From the NCBI GenBank assembly GCA_051294905.1, contig CM119371.1:39248001-39312000 (forward strand): a stretch of DNA of 64,000 nucleotides, written 5' to 3'. This document shows, piece by piece, positions 52,171-64,000 of the stretch (its first letter is position 1; each line of letters starts with the position of its first letter). This DNA comes from Botryllus schlosseri (lineage: Eukaryota). Both the position numbers and the translations under genes were made by a program. A model generated the notes under the pieces. That model saw nothing but the letters and a program-made list of their open reading frames with translations. It made no database searches and had not been told where the DNA came from.

Positions 52171-55100
52171 CCCATAGTTTTTTGGTGAATAACAAACCTT
52201 AGCAAATGGTATTCCGCCATAGATAAGTAACCTACCTTTAGGTTATTATTGAGGTTGCACACTGCAGAGCACACACATGGCTAATCGCGAGTTGATTTCT
52301 TACGATCTAGACTTACGCGAAGCAGTGAAACCACGTTTGATCGTAATGGAACAGCGTTTAATGTTTTATAGTAGTTAGCTAAATCACACCTTCTTGATTC
52401 AACACCATATTCATGCATGTGTCTTGTGTCTGAAACTTTATCTTACCATTGTTGTTACAATTGCGAGCTGTGAGGAAAGTTTCTGAAAGCTCAAAATGAT
52501 AAAGCCATATTTACGCTCTTTCATCAATGATGATGATCGGCTCTGTCGATTCGTTCTATAGAAAGAGACTTCGTTCAAACACCTACATTTACCGATATTA
52601 TCGCTGATATTGCTTAAGGGAATGCTCGAAAATACCTATTTTGGGATGACTGTTGATCTTTTATTGCCTAATACATTTGTTCTTCATTTTTGTCTCCTAT
52701 TATTGGCCTTACCGCTGAGACTGTGAAGCTTCTTTCTCAAGCTGTATAGAATTTCAGAGACGCGGCACATTTATTTTTATTGTAAAAATTGGTTGAAAAT
52801 TAATCTATTTCAAATTTGCTGCAGTCTACTTACGGCGGCGTTTTCGACGAATATGCTCCTACTCCACTGCTATCAACGTCAGGGGTTCTTAAGCTAGTTT
52901 TAGTGGGTACGATTTTCGAATCATAGCTCCCTTATCATGTTCGACACAAAATTTCACCACCCCATATTTACGGATCCCAAAATAGAGGACATATAAACGT
53001 AACATTTATTCACCTAACTCTGATCCCTGCTGAAGTGACTAAAAAAAGGTCATTTATCCGAGTGTTTGCTCAGAAAATGGGTTTCGCGTCTACTTTCCGT
53101 TGAGTTGACCTTTCTTTAGTCAACTTTCGCGTCATATATAGAACAAGCCATTTGCGCGTGCTCTGGTCGTGTTTAGAAAATATATCTCACTGGAGCTTCT
53201 AATATTTCGCCCCCTTTGGTATTGTATCAACATTGGTTCTCAAAATCGCCTACTGGGGACGATATGGCCCATATTGGAAACCCTTGGTATACTTATCATG
53301 TTTCCAAGTAACGATAAATATATAGCACATAGGTTATCAAACCGGGCCCGCTAGAGATTTTTTTGGTAAGGGGGGGGGGTACGCGAGCAACTTCATTTTA
53401 TGGCACTGTAATAATATTCTGCGACATTTTGCGTTTAGGTGACAATCGAGAAAAGAGTATAAATTCTACAAATGCAGAGTTTCTCAAGGCTTAAAGCACC
53501 ATGCATTTACATCGCCATGCAACGTTACGCACCTCATCTATACATTACCTGAAGTGAATTTCTATTTCTTTACTACCTCAGTGATGGGACTTACTACGAA
53601 GCCTTCCGGGGGCCCAAATCCCTGGTTAGTTCTGCCAAAAATACTGTCATCTGCTTATTATGAAGGCCGATTGTTGGTGATATAGCAATCTTCGGTGTTT
53701 TGCTTGTGCATCGAATAGAATACATAGAATAGATCTACTCGTGGACTTACGTCAAGCTCATCTATCGCAGTGAAATGTTTGAGAGTGTAAATACATAGTT
53801 TCTTTATGTGTTCTGTCTTTTAGTTAGTGTTCCCGTTATGCAACAAGTTGAAAAAAGCCAAACTAGCCAAACTAACAACAGCGAACATGAGAACAGAGGT
53901 TCACCGTACATTTGGTTGTCTTCCCCAAGTATCAGCCATTCTGCTACCATTAAGGGTAAACCAGATTCAGAGCCACTGTATTACGGTAGTTAGTGGCCAA
54001 TGAGAAACGAACCAGAAATATGTTGCACAGCACTTGTTGATATAGGCGGTGAACTTGCGTATGCCTGCAATTATTTTTGGTATGCGGCATACCTGGAATT
54101 TCGTCGTCGATTGTACCTTTACTTATTAGTAATCAAACGAAGCAACGCGACAGGATAATACGCGGCATCGCTGGATGTCAATTTCGGCACGAGCGTTTAG
54201 AAACGCCATCGTATATAATAGTCGTTTGACGACCACGTTCACGCGCGTTCTCCTACTCCAAATAAATCACATTTGCATCGATAATGGCCTGCAAGCCGTG
54301 CTCAAAATGTGTTGTGCTTCATGTGTGGAATATGTATTTTATCGGAGCGCAAAATTCGACACTGTTTATGTCTGGATTGGATTTCATTCCTTCCCATAAT
54401 CGTTACTTCCATAATGCTTTGCGAACGTATATAGGAAACGGACATGCAGCAATACAGCCAATATCGCCGTTAAAATCACTAAACAGTTGCCGCGATGCGA
54501 GCTACTCAGTGCGAAATCGGAAATGCATCATCTTGGCGGCCGTACGAACAATCACGGAATGAATACGCGCTGTCTCGTTTGTCATCATCAATCTTCTCTG
54601 CCTGGCACATTCGTATTCCACAATTGTCGCGCCGTGTTACTTGACATTGCGCAGGTTAATTCGTTCTTTACTCACATGGCGCATTGTGTTTGAACTACGT
54701 TCTCAGATATGGATGCGACAATAAATTCTCAGTGGCACGAAATATGATTTTATTCGATGCCTTTGAACGGAGACCTTCTATATTCCAATAAATCGATCGC
54801 CGTCGGACGGACTGGTAACGCAGTTCCACTTTGGACTATAATCGTAACGTTATAATATTCCATTTAATAATTCACCTGTGTGAGTGCAGCGTCGATGGAA
54901 AAACGTAGCATGCGTGGTAGTAAAGTGCATTCTAGTGTGGCTATAACGTCATCGATTAGGAATGATGTTGACGTTACATGATTCCGCATACCCACTCAAA
55001 ATGACAATTCAGCGCCTATGCTAGTTGATATGTCGTAGACCGAATAGAAAAGGTTGTAGACCGCTGCACTTTCCCTAGACTTTGGTACGGTAAACTAATT

Positions 55101-55248
55101 TGTTCGTGACTCGTGTAAATAACTTGAATAAGTAACTTATTGTTTGTGTAGACTACATCGGTACGAACTCTACACACAATACAATACCAAATATCGTTGG
55201 TATGTCTTAAGTATATAGCCTACGCATCGAAACCTTCGCGGAAATCAC

Positions 55249-57306
55249 CACGGTTGTAATGACTCGAGTCATGACTCGACTCGAGTCAGACTCGAGTCAC
55301 GATTTTTTTATGACTCGACTTGACTCGAGTCATTTTCTTGAAATGGGAAAATGACTCGACTCGACTCGAGTCAATATTTGGATTGACTCGACTTGTACTC
55401 GAGTCATTACGCATGAATCGACCCAAGTCATTGACTCGGCTTATTTTATATGACTTGAAGATGAAGAAATTTGCGAATCGTAATGGCTAGATCAATGCAT
55501 CCGACGAATTCTGCCGACATCGCTATTTGTCAATACTGCTTTCGTTGCACTTGTCTGATATCAGATATGCCACCGTAAAAACAACAGAAAATGATACATA
55601 GTAGCAATAATGCATTGTACAAAATCGTCCAGTGATGAAGAGGTAATAGATCCTCCGCAATTAAAGTACTCAAGACTTTTCAATTATACAAGCAAACAAT
55701 TGAAGCAAAGTTCAATTAGAGCCAATGAAATGACTCAGATTGTCAAGAGACTGATAAGCTCATGTGTAGATTTGAAGGCGATGATTCTTTGCATTTTTGG
55801 GCGACTAGAAAGAATGAGTATTCAATGCTCTTCAGTGTGGTTCAAAAATGCTTGTCAATTCCTGCATCTAGTGCACTAGTGGAACGTGTATTCAGTAGAT
55901 GTGGATTCATTCTACGGCCATGCCGCTTTAACATATCTGAGGATCTCCTTTCCACATTAGTATTTTTGAGGTGTAACTCATTGATTTGATCTGCTGTCTG
56001 TGATAACACACAATGCCCCTCGTCCATTCGATGTTTTGTTAGGTATGTGCATTGTGCACGTGAGCATAATGATGAATGGCTAATGTTGTGTGATGTTTGT
56101 ACAATATGCTGTTCTAAAATAACTTCTTTTTTATTTTACTGGGTGGTTACTTGATAAAATTGTTATGTTGCATAAAAGGAACACTGAATCTGGTTTAATT
56201 TGAAAAAAGTGGAATCAATGATGTGAGAGGAGAATATTTTGGATTTGAAACTAAATGGAGTATTTTAGTGAGAAATTCTTTCATATAATATAATTACATA
56301 GTAGCAAGCCGACTATTTTTTCATATCCAAAACATTCTACTCTAATAACTTCACTTTTTCTAGTGGGAATTGAGTCAAATTTGCTATGAATCATATTTTT
56401 ACACAATGTAACAATATCATGAGATAGCCGGTAAAATTCTAAAATCTCTAATTGTAATTAGTCTAAAATTTTCTTTCATAGCATTGCTTTCTACTGGTTG
56501 GAATTGAGCCAAATTTGATTTTTTAGGCAATCTAGCAATTTAAAGAAGTAGCCGGAAAATTCGAAAAAAATGTTTTTGAACAGCCCCGTTGTACAATTAT
56601 TTATCCAATGCTGTAACTGCGATGTAGTCTGTAATGCAATTGGGAAAACCTCTAGTATAATCAAAAGGTATCTGTTCTGTTGTCACTGCACAATGCACAT
56701 AGTTGCATGCACGCTTTTACAGCATGCTGGCCTGTTGTAAATACCTCTACATAAACATGCATCAATTGATTCTCTATCTACTAGTATCTTGACGTGAATT
56801 TGTTGGTTCTCTATCAGATAGTATGTAGACGTGAATTCGTTGGTTCTCTATCAGCTATTCGTGAGCTATCGTCAATGTGCTCATAATAAAAACTGAATGC
56901 TTGTATTTGTGATATATCAGACTGACAAGAGAGATATTTGATTTTAAGTTCTAAGATTAGTAAAGTTATATTTAGCATCGGTAAATGAGGCCAGGACCTG
57001 TCCGTTATCTGCCTAAATAAACACGTGCCAAGACTCTGATAGGGACAAAATGAGCATGTTTCGCAAACAAGGAATTCGATATCACCCAAGCAGGATTGAA
57101 AACATGAGATGAACATGGCTTCAGTACTGTGACTTGGACTCGACTCGAGTCATAACACCATGACTCGGACTTGGCCCTTTAAACGGTGACTTGGACTCCG
57201 ACTCGAGTCTGTGATGAATTGAAAATGACTCGACTCGACTCGAGTCAAAACCACAAAAGTATGATTGACTCGTGACTCGGAACCATGTGACTTGGTTACA
57301 ACCCTG
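55249..57306 (+). mobile_element. Internally deleted hAT transposon retaining the transposase C-terminal dimerisation domain
   Basis: TIRs CACGGTTGTAA / TTACAACCCTG; exact TSD GAAATCAC (55241-55248 and 57307-57314); GACTCGAGTC subterminal arrays; ORF SLHFWATRKNEY..SIPASSALVERVFS. Confidence 0.92.
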
Positions 57307-57367
57307 GAAATCACACAATGTAATTTCTCTGATTTTGTGCTACGCAGCGCTACATCATTGTCTAATG

Positions 57368-58284
57368 CAGTGGTTCTCAACCTTTTTGTGGTCGCGGACC
57401 CCTTTTGGACCGTCACAGACCCCGCGGACCCCCTCAAGTTTTCGTTCAAAATTAGCTCATTTATCGTGCAACCGTCATCTGTCATGTGCAAATATTAATC
57501 GTAGGCTAGTAAGAAATAGCCACAAAATGACTTTTATTGAAAATAACTCCATACTATATGTGAAAATTTGCTAGGCTTTTAATATTTCGAAAGGAATTTT
57601 CCAGCTGTATTTATTGTATAGGAAATCCGAGTCTTCGATTTGATATGAATGAGTGCCAAAATCCATTTCCACCAAGATATATTGGTGGCGAATGTAATAT
57701 TACCGCGTAACGCCTCCGACGACAGCTTTTATTGTGAGTTTTTAATGAACATATCACGTCCAGCCTAGTCATTTCTATCTAGCATCTTATATTGAAGTTA
57801 TTTAGTGGTTATATCACAGGAGAAAATGGATTTCGTGGGGAGATTTCAATTCCTTCATTGGGGCAGATTAGGAAAAAATTCAGGAATTTATATTTCAATT
57901 TGCTGAGACTGATAACTCCAAATCCAAAATGTTTCGCAAACATTTAGAAGTCACCCTGTTTGACCTTGCTATCTCCAACATTTCATTTTTCCACAAACCC
58001 CAACAAAAATCTCTAAACAGCAATATAATTGCTTTAGCAGGCTATTGGCAATTTGACAATTAAAATGAATTTGCACATTCGGATATTTTATATCAGACGA
58101 CCATTTCGATGATGCGAGTCCTAAAGTCTGAGCAATTATGAAGCGAAACTGGCTCATGCTTATTCTAATTAAAATAAATAAAAAGTAGGTTGTCGATCAT
58201 TTAAAATTTTAGAGGCTTCGCGGACCCCCTGAAAATGCTTCACGGACCCCCACGGGTCCGCGGACCCCCGGTTGAGAACCACTG
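57368..58284. mobile_element. hAT (Charlie-like) MITE, complete; partial relative near 36370-37000
   Basis: TIRs CAGTGGTTCTCAACC / GGTTGAGAACCACTG; exact TSD GTCTAATG at 57360-57367 and 58285-58292; GCGGACCCC repeats. Confidence 0.92.
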
Positions 58285-60996
58285 GTCTAATGTGTATATT
58301 CGAAGTGTTGTCAACTCTATAACAAGGGATATCCAATTATATATCGACTTGTCCGATACAACAGGGCAAAGAAACGACTATGTAACAACGAGCGAAATAG
58401 GTAGACCTGTTTGCACTGTCGCATGACAGTCATGGCGAAAAGCAAAAACAATGATATTGCTGACTTTTCGATAGTAAGTCATATTGCAAATTTTTCCCGA
58501 ATGATTGTGGTGATCGCTATCGTCTCATTTCTCTCTTTTTATTATTGCTGAATTGGTTGATTGTCTGAACGTTATCTGCTGTAGGCTTAGGTACAAAACT
58601 ATTAGGTTTCGGTTCGCTGTTTGTCCTAATAAATTAAGTTATTAAAAGCCTTGGATGTAAAGAGGTGTATTCGATTTACAACAATGACCACCACCTTGAT
58701 TTATATTTAATATATGATGGTTTGTAGCCAATGGTTTAGGACAGTGGTTCTCAACCTGGGGGGCGCGGGGGGCTCTCAGGGGGGATTGGCGCGAGAAATA
58801 TACGAAGTCTGTATGAATTCTGACTAAACATGAGCTTCACAACCCTTCTGAGAGGAAGATTGTTGAAGATTAAATTTATTTTGTATTCAAGAAAGCACGC
58901 CAAATTCAAACTCCAGCAGTCGCGATCAACGGAGTGTTAGGTGATTTCAACTTCGTTTGAGAAAATGTTTGATATTCTTTGAAGATTTATACCAATTCCC
59001 ACGTGTAAGTCACTCATTAGTTCATATCTTTGGCAGTAGCCTAAAGCTCTGAGCGCTGGGTAGCTGTTGTAAATAGCTGGTGAACTGCACTGCCTAAGAC
59101 AGATTTTGATGCAATATAAGTTGTCCGATTTCGCCCTCAATTAGGCTACCCTAAATCAACACAATTTAATCCAATTCTAAAACTGATCAAATTTAGCATG
59201 GCAATACAGAACGACGTCGTGCTCACTGTAGTCACTACCAGCATTAGGATTAGTCTCAGTGCCACCTACCTTGAAATAAATTGATGTCCTGTTCAATGTT
59301 TTTGCTCCGTTCAAACAGGTTTGGGGAAATTTGTCAGAAATATTAAAGACCCAACCACTGGAATGCGGATTCAAAGTTGCCGTAAGACATACCATATGTA
59401 TACTATTAGATCAGGGTTGTGCAGCCTGCGGCCGTAGAGGGGAATTTGTACGGCCATCGACGCACCTGATTCAATTAGTATGTGTTGGCGGCCGTCGACA
59501 TGAAAATTGAAATTAGGAATTCACTCCTCAATTTTTGAAAGATTTTAATTATTCTTAAAATATTCCTCGCGCCCCGTGCAATTCAATATTACTTCATTTT
59601 TTGATTTTGATATAATACCGCCATTCTCAATCTGAGCCGGAATCGGAATCGTGTGCTCCTCACGTAAGAAATTTGTTTATAGTACATTTGAGCGATTTCA
59701 ATATATTTCCACTATATCCACTACCGATACAATCGACAATCCTGATGGGGAAGGATCAAGAAATAACAGCATGCAACAAAGTGACTGATAACAATTCGCC
59801 CATCCCAAGATGCAATATCATTTATATAACTTGCCCTATATTATCTAAAGCACTACCTTCATAAACTCTACCTGTGAATCTGATCATATGGGCTGATGAG
59901 AAAGGATATATATTTGATTGTGATATGTGATACTTTTACTATTAAATACGGATTTCATTCGTGAATATGAAAAATTCACCAATGCATGCTAATATGCTTT
60001 TCTGTATTAGGTATCTCTGGAGGATGTCGATGGGAATAATGCTAGAAAAGTTTGCCAATGCCTTGCTTACAGGCTAATGAACAATGTTCAAAGTGGTCTT
60101 CTACCATTCCGGCTGTAAATACTAGACAAAATCAACGATCAGCAATCCCAGTTCTAACGCATTCTAGAAACATGCCCCGTAACTTCTATAGAGAAGTAGT
60201 ATGCGCAATTATGGCTGCGAGCAAAATCGAGTATCGGAGTGATTCGATTGAGGATTAGGCTCTGATTCCTCAGATTCGACGTGAGTGCTGTAGAATCACT
60301 CATTATTACTTCACAACACCAAAGAATGTATTGACAAATCTACATCATACTGAACGGTATTTGCAAAAATATTTCAACTGTAGGCTACTTAAGAACCTAA
60401 ATCATTGCGTGATCCTATCACCAACAGCCACAAGGGCAGCTCTCAAACTATACAGAGCATATTATTGTTGTTGCTAAGTCTGTAGATGTCGTATCGCTTC
60501 TAAACTATGAAAGACAACATAAACATAATTCAATAAGTTATCTTGGCGCCAGTCAGTATTACATAGATACCACCATCGTAACTGCTCAGATAGGCATTTC
60601 TATTCGTTAAAAGCCGTTTATAAATACTACAAGAGTTGTACAGTTCTGCCTATGTACCAAATAGCAATGAATGCCCTCGAAGTGTATCTCAAAAATGACC
60701 TTCATCTCCGCCCACACCAGTAGTTGTGTGGAGAGTCAATGCGTCACGCTCAACGAAGCTCACCTGAAACTAGAGTTTCATATCTTATACAAACACGTCG
60801 TATTTAGTGCGTGTAATGGGAATGGCAGGGTCCACTACACTCGAATCAAAATCACATCGGACGCAGACGGTTAATTCAAATTTAAAGCCACATGCATTTC
60901 CTAAATTCCTATCAAATGAAACTAGCAATAGCTAGTCAATCTTTATTGACAATGTTGAAGTTGATTATTATGGGGGTGGTGGTTCATGGTGAAACC

Positions 60997-63118
60997 CACG
61001 GTTGTAATGACTCGAGTCATGACTCGACTCGAGTCAGACTCGAGTCACGATTTTCCTGTGACTCGACTTGACTCGAGTCATTTTCTTGAAATGGGAAAAT
61101 GACTCGACTCGACTCGAGTCAATATTTGGATTGACTCGACTTGTACTCGAGTCATTACGCATGACTCGACCCAAGTCAATGACTCGGCATATTTTATATG
61201 ACTTGAAGATGAATAAATTTGCGAATCGTAATGGCCAGTTCAACACATCTGACGAATTCTGCCGACATTGCTATTAGTCACCCCTGCTTTCGTTTCACTC
61301 GTCTGATATCCGATATGCCGCCACAAAAACAACAGACAATGATACCATAGTGTCCTATATGGTGTCGACACAAGCAAATCTCACGGCTCAGTGAAATTGA
61401 TTCACGTCACAATTTCCATTTGGCTACAGGCAATTTGACGGTCATTTTTGACCGGCTTGCCGAGCATTAAATTTGGTAAAACGGGTATCAATCGAAAACT
61501 GACTCTGCACCCATTACGAAAATATAAATTTTATTCCGCTCGGGGCCCTGGAACTCCCACAATCAGCCTCGAATTTTTCATTGTTGTGTAGATTGGCATT
61601 GAGACGAAACAATGCTGCCTAGCACTTTTGCTCTTGAGCTACTCTCTCGTTTCGCCAGACAGCATTGTTGCGCCCCAATGCCAAGCAGGGTCGTACCAAC
61701 CCTGCTCTCAATCTACAACCATGCGAATAGGCACATCCTCACTGTAAATTTATATAGATAATTAACCTACGTAGGTTAGTTATCTATAGTCAATTACTTG
61801 CACGCATTGGTTGAAGCATTGAAAAATTCTATTTCAAAGCGTTTTGCAGGAGTGTTTGAGAATGTGAACATGATCACAACTGATGCGTCTTTGGATAGGC
61901 CTATCGGTAATCCCGAACCGTTTGGTGAAACCATCTACCTCACATCTTGCGTGCTCGATCCGAAATTTGCTTTCCATTGGCTTATGGATCTAAATTGCTC
62001 AGAACAATCCCGCATTGCACTGCGGCAGAAAATAATCGAGTTGACTCAGATGGTCAAGTACTTGGAAGAGACTGATAAGCTCATGTGTAGATTTGAAAGC
62101 GATGATTCTTTGCATTTTTGGGCGACTCGAAAGAATGAGTATCCAATGCTCTTCAGTGTGGTTCAAAAATGCTTCTCGATTCCTGCATCTAACGCACCAG
62201 TGGAACGTGTATTCAGTAGAGGTGGATTTATTTTAAGGCCATGCCGCTCTAATATAGGCCTATCTGAGGAGCTCCTTTCCACTTTGGTTTTAAAGTGTAA
62301 CTCATCATTGATTTGATCTGCTGTCTGTGAAAGCACACAATACCCTCTGTCCATTTGAGGTTTTGTTGGTATGTGCATTGTGCACGTGAGAAATAATGAA
62401 TGGCTAATGCCGCGTGATGTTTGTACAATAGGACTGTTCAAATGCAATTTGGAAAATCTTAAGTAATATCAACAGGTATCTGTTTTTTTCACTGCATAAT
62501 GCACATTGCACATAGCTGCATGCGCGCTTTTACAGCATGCTGGTCTGTTGTAAATACCTCTACATAAACATGCATCTGTTGATTCTCTATCAGCTGGTAT
62601 CTTGACGTGAATTGGTTGGTTCTCTATCAGATAGTATATAGACGTGAATTGGTTGGTTCTCTATCAGCTATTTATGAGCTATCGTCGATGTGCTCATCAT
62701 AAAAACTGAATGCTTGAATTGCTGTTGTATCAGACTGACAAGACAGATATTTGATTTTAAGTTCTAACTTAGTGAAGTTATCTGTAGCATCGGTAGATGA
62801 GGCCAGGACCTGTCCTTTAACTGCCTAAATAAACACGTGCCAAGACTCTGATATGGACGAAATGAGCATGTTTGGCATGCAAGGAATTCGATATCACCCA
62901 AGCAGGATTGAAAACATGAGTTGAACATGACTTCAATACTGTGACTTGGACTCGACTCGAGTCATAACACTATGACTCGGACTTGACCCTTTAAACGGTG
63001 ACTTGGACTCGGACTCGACTCGGTGCTGAATTGAAAATGACTCGGCTTGTCTCGAGTCAAAACCACAAAAGTAAGATTGACTCGTGACTCGGATCCATGT
63101 GACTTGGTTACAACCCTG
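60997..63118 (+). mobile_element. Second internally deleted copy of the same hAT family
   Basis: Same TIRs and GACTCGAGTC arrays; flanking direct repeat GTGAAACCC overlapping the termini; ORF 61798-62316 with VLDPKF and hAT dimerisation motif SIPASNAPVERVFSRGG. Confidence 0.92.
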
Positions 63119-63740
63119 TGAAACCCGATTAGTCACCGGTTATCACGATAATGGGTTTATTCCGTATCAGAGCCAATGCGACACCTTTGACGAGCATATC
63201 CATGTGGGATCGATGCGTGCATTGAAAGAGATACTGCAGTCTGAAATCCGGTTTCCCTTTCTTTTAAACGCAGGACTAGATCCTGACCGGTTTTTGATTT
63301 TTGATAAAGTCGATATCTACCCCCTTCATCGATACATTTAGCAGATATTTAAAAATAAGGCATCTAAATTTTATTAACGCGCATTTCCACAACTCCAGAC
63401 CAGTTCCAGGGTACTCAACTGATTTGCCTATTTGCACTGATTAATCATGTGGTTATGATTTCAGAATACTCAATAGTTTTCCAAACGATACCTAGGATAC
63501 TTACTTTTCAACTTATTCGGAAATCCTCGTTTCTACTTGTATACTTGAGTGGAAGTGAACGACGTTAGTTACACTTCACCTTGAGTACCGACGGGGCCTA
63601 CGGTATCAACTATGACTACTCTGAATACTTCAGCTTGTACGGACGATTCCCAAATCAAGCGTATTTTTTCGCAGCACAACGAAATCACGGTTTTCCCGCT
63701 ATCGGCACGAACCCAATCGTCAGTCCTCGTACGTCTTCAG

Positions 63741-63920
63741 CAGGGTTCTAACCATGTCACAAGGCCCCGAGTCAGAAGTCAATCTCAGTTTTACAGTTTT
63801 GATTCGAGTCAAGTCGAGTCATTCTGAATTCACCACCGAGTCAAGTCCGAGTCCAAGTCAACGATCAGAGGTGCTAGTCCGAGTCATGGTATTATTACTC
63901 GAGTCCGAGTCCAAGTCATC
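63741..63920 (-). mobile_element. Terminal fragment of a related hAT family, inverted
   Basis: CAGGGTTCTAACCATGTCAC start and CCGAGTC repeats resemble the reverse complement of the right end of 55249-57306. Confidence 0.6.
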
Positions 63921-64000
63921 GTGTTGACTGTTCAGTTTCCAGTTAAAGTCTTCTTAAACCCACTTTTATAACTGTGTTTGGTGATATCAAATGGTTCGCA

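Noticed and set aside
55260..55440. GACTCGAGTC arrays (also 57130-57290, 61008-61190, 62940-63100) as a CRISPR-like array
   Set aside because: Irregular short subterminal repeats inside hAT TIRs with TSDs; no constant repeat-spacer period and no cas genes; eukaryotic context.

Overview
Eukaryotic, AT-rich, transposon-dense invertebrate-type genomic DNA with GT-AG introns (species not determinable from the sequence). Three host gene loci are recognisable. (1) An intronless BTB-BACK-Kelch gene with one frameshift (2926-4583, +). (2) A two-exon small secreted follistatin/Kazal protein gene (11198-13382, +). (3) The main finding: a multi-exon minus-strand locus (about 50006 to 30019) whose exons join in consistent phase into an approximately 1690-aa protein: IRE1/RNase L-like Ser/Thr kinase + TIR-like domain + SAMD9-type SIR2-like/STAND NTPase/helical/OB-fold module + C-terminal Zn ribbon. 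It carries two in-frame TAA stops, and a RHIM-like motif lies in its upstream region. The rest is mostly mobile DNA: hAT-type elements and MITEs with 8-bp target-site duplications, fold-back elements, L2/CR1, RTE and R4/Dong-like LINE fragments, a decayed Gypsy element and tRNA-derived SINE-like repeats. All domain calls come from motif recognition by eye; no searches were run.
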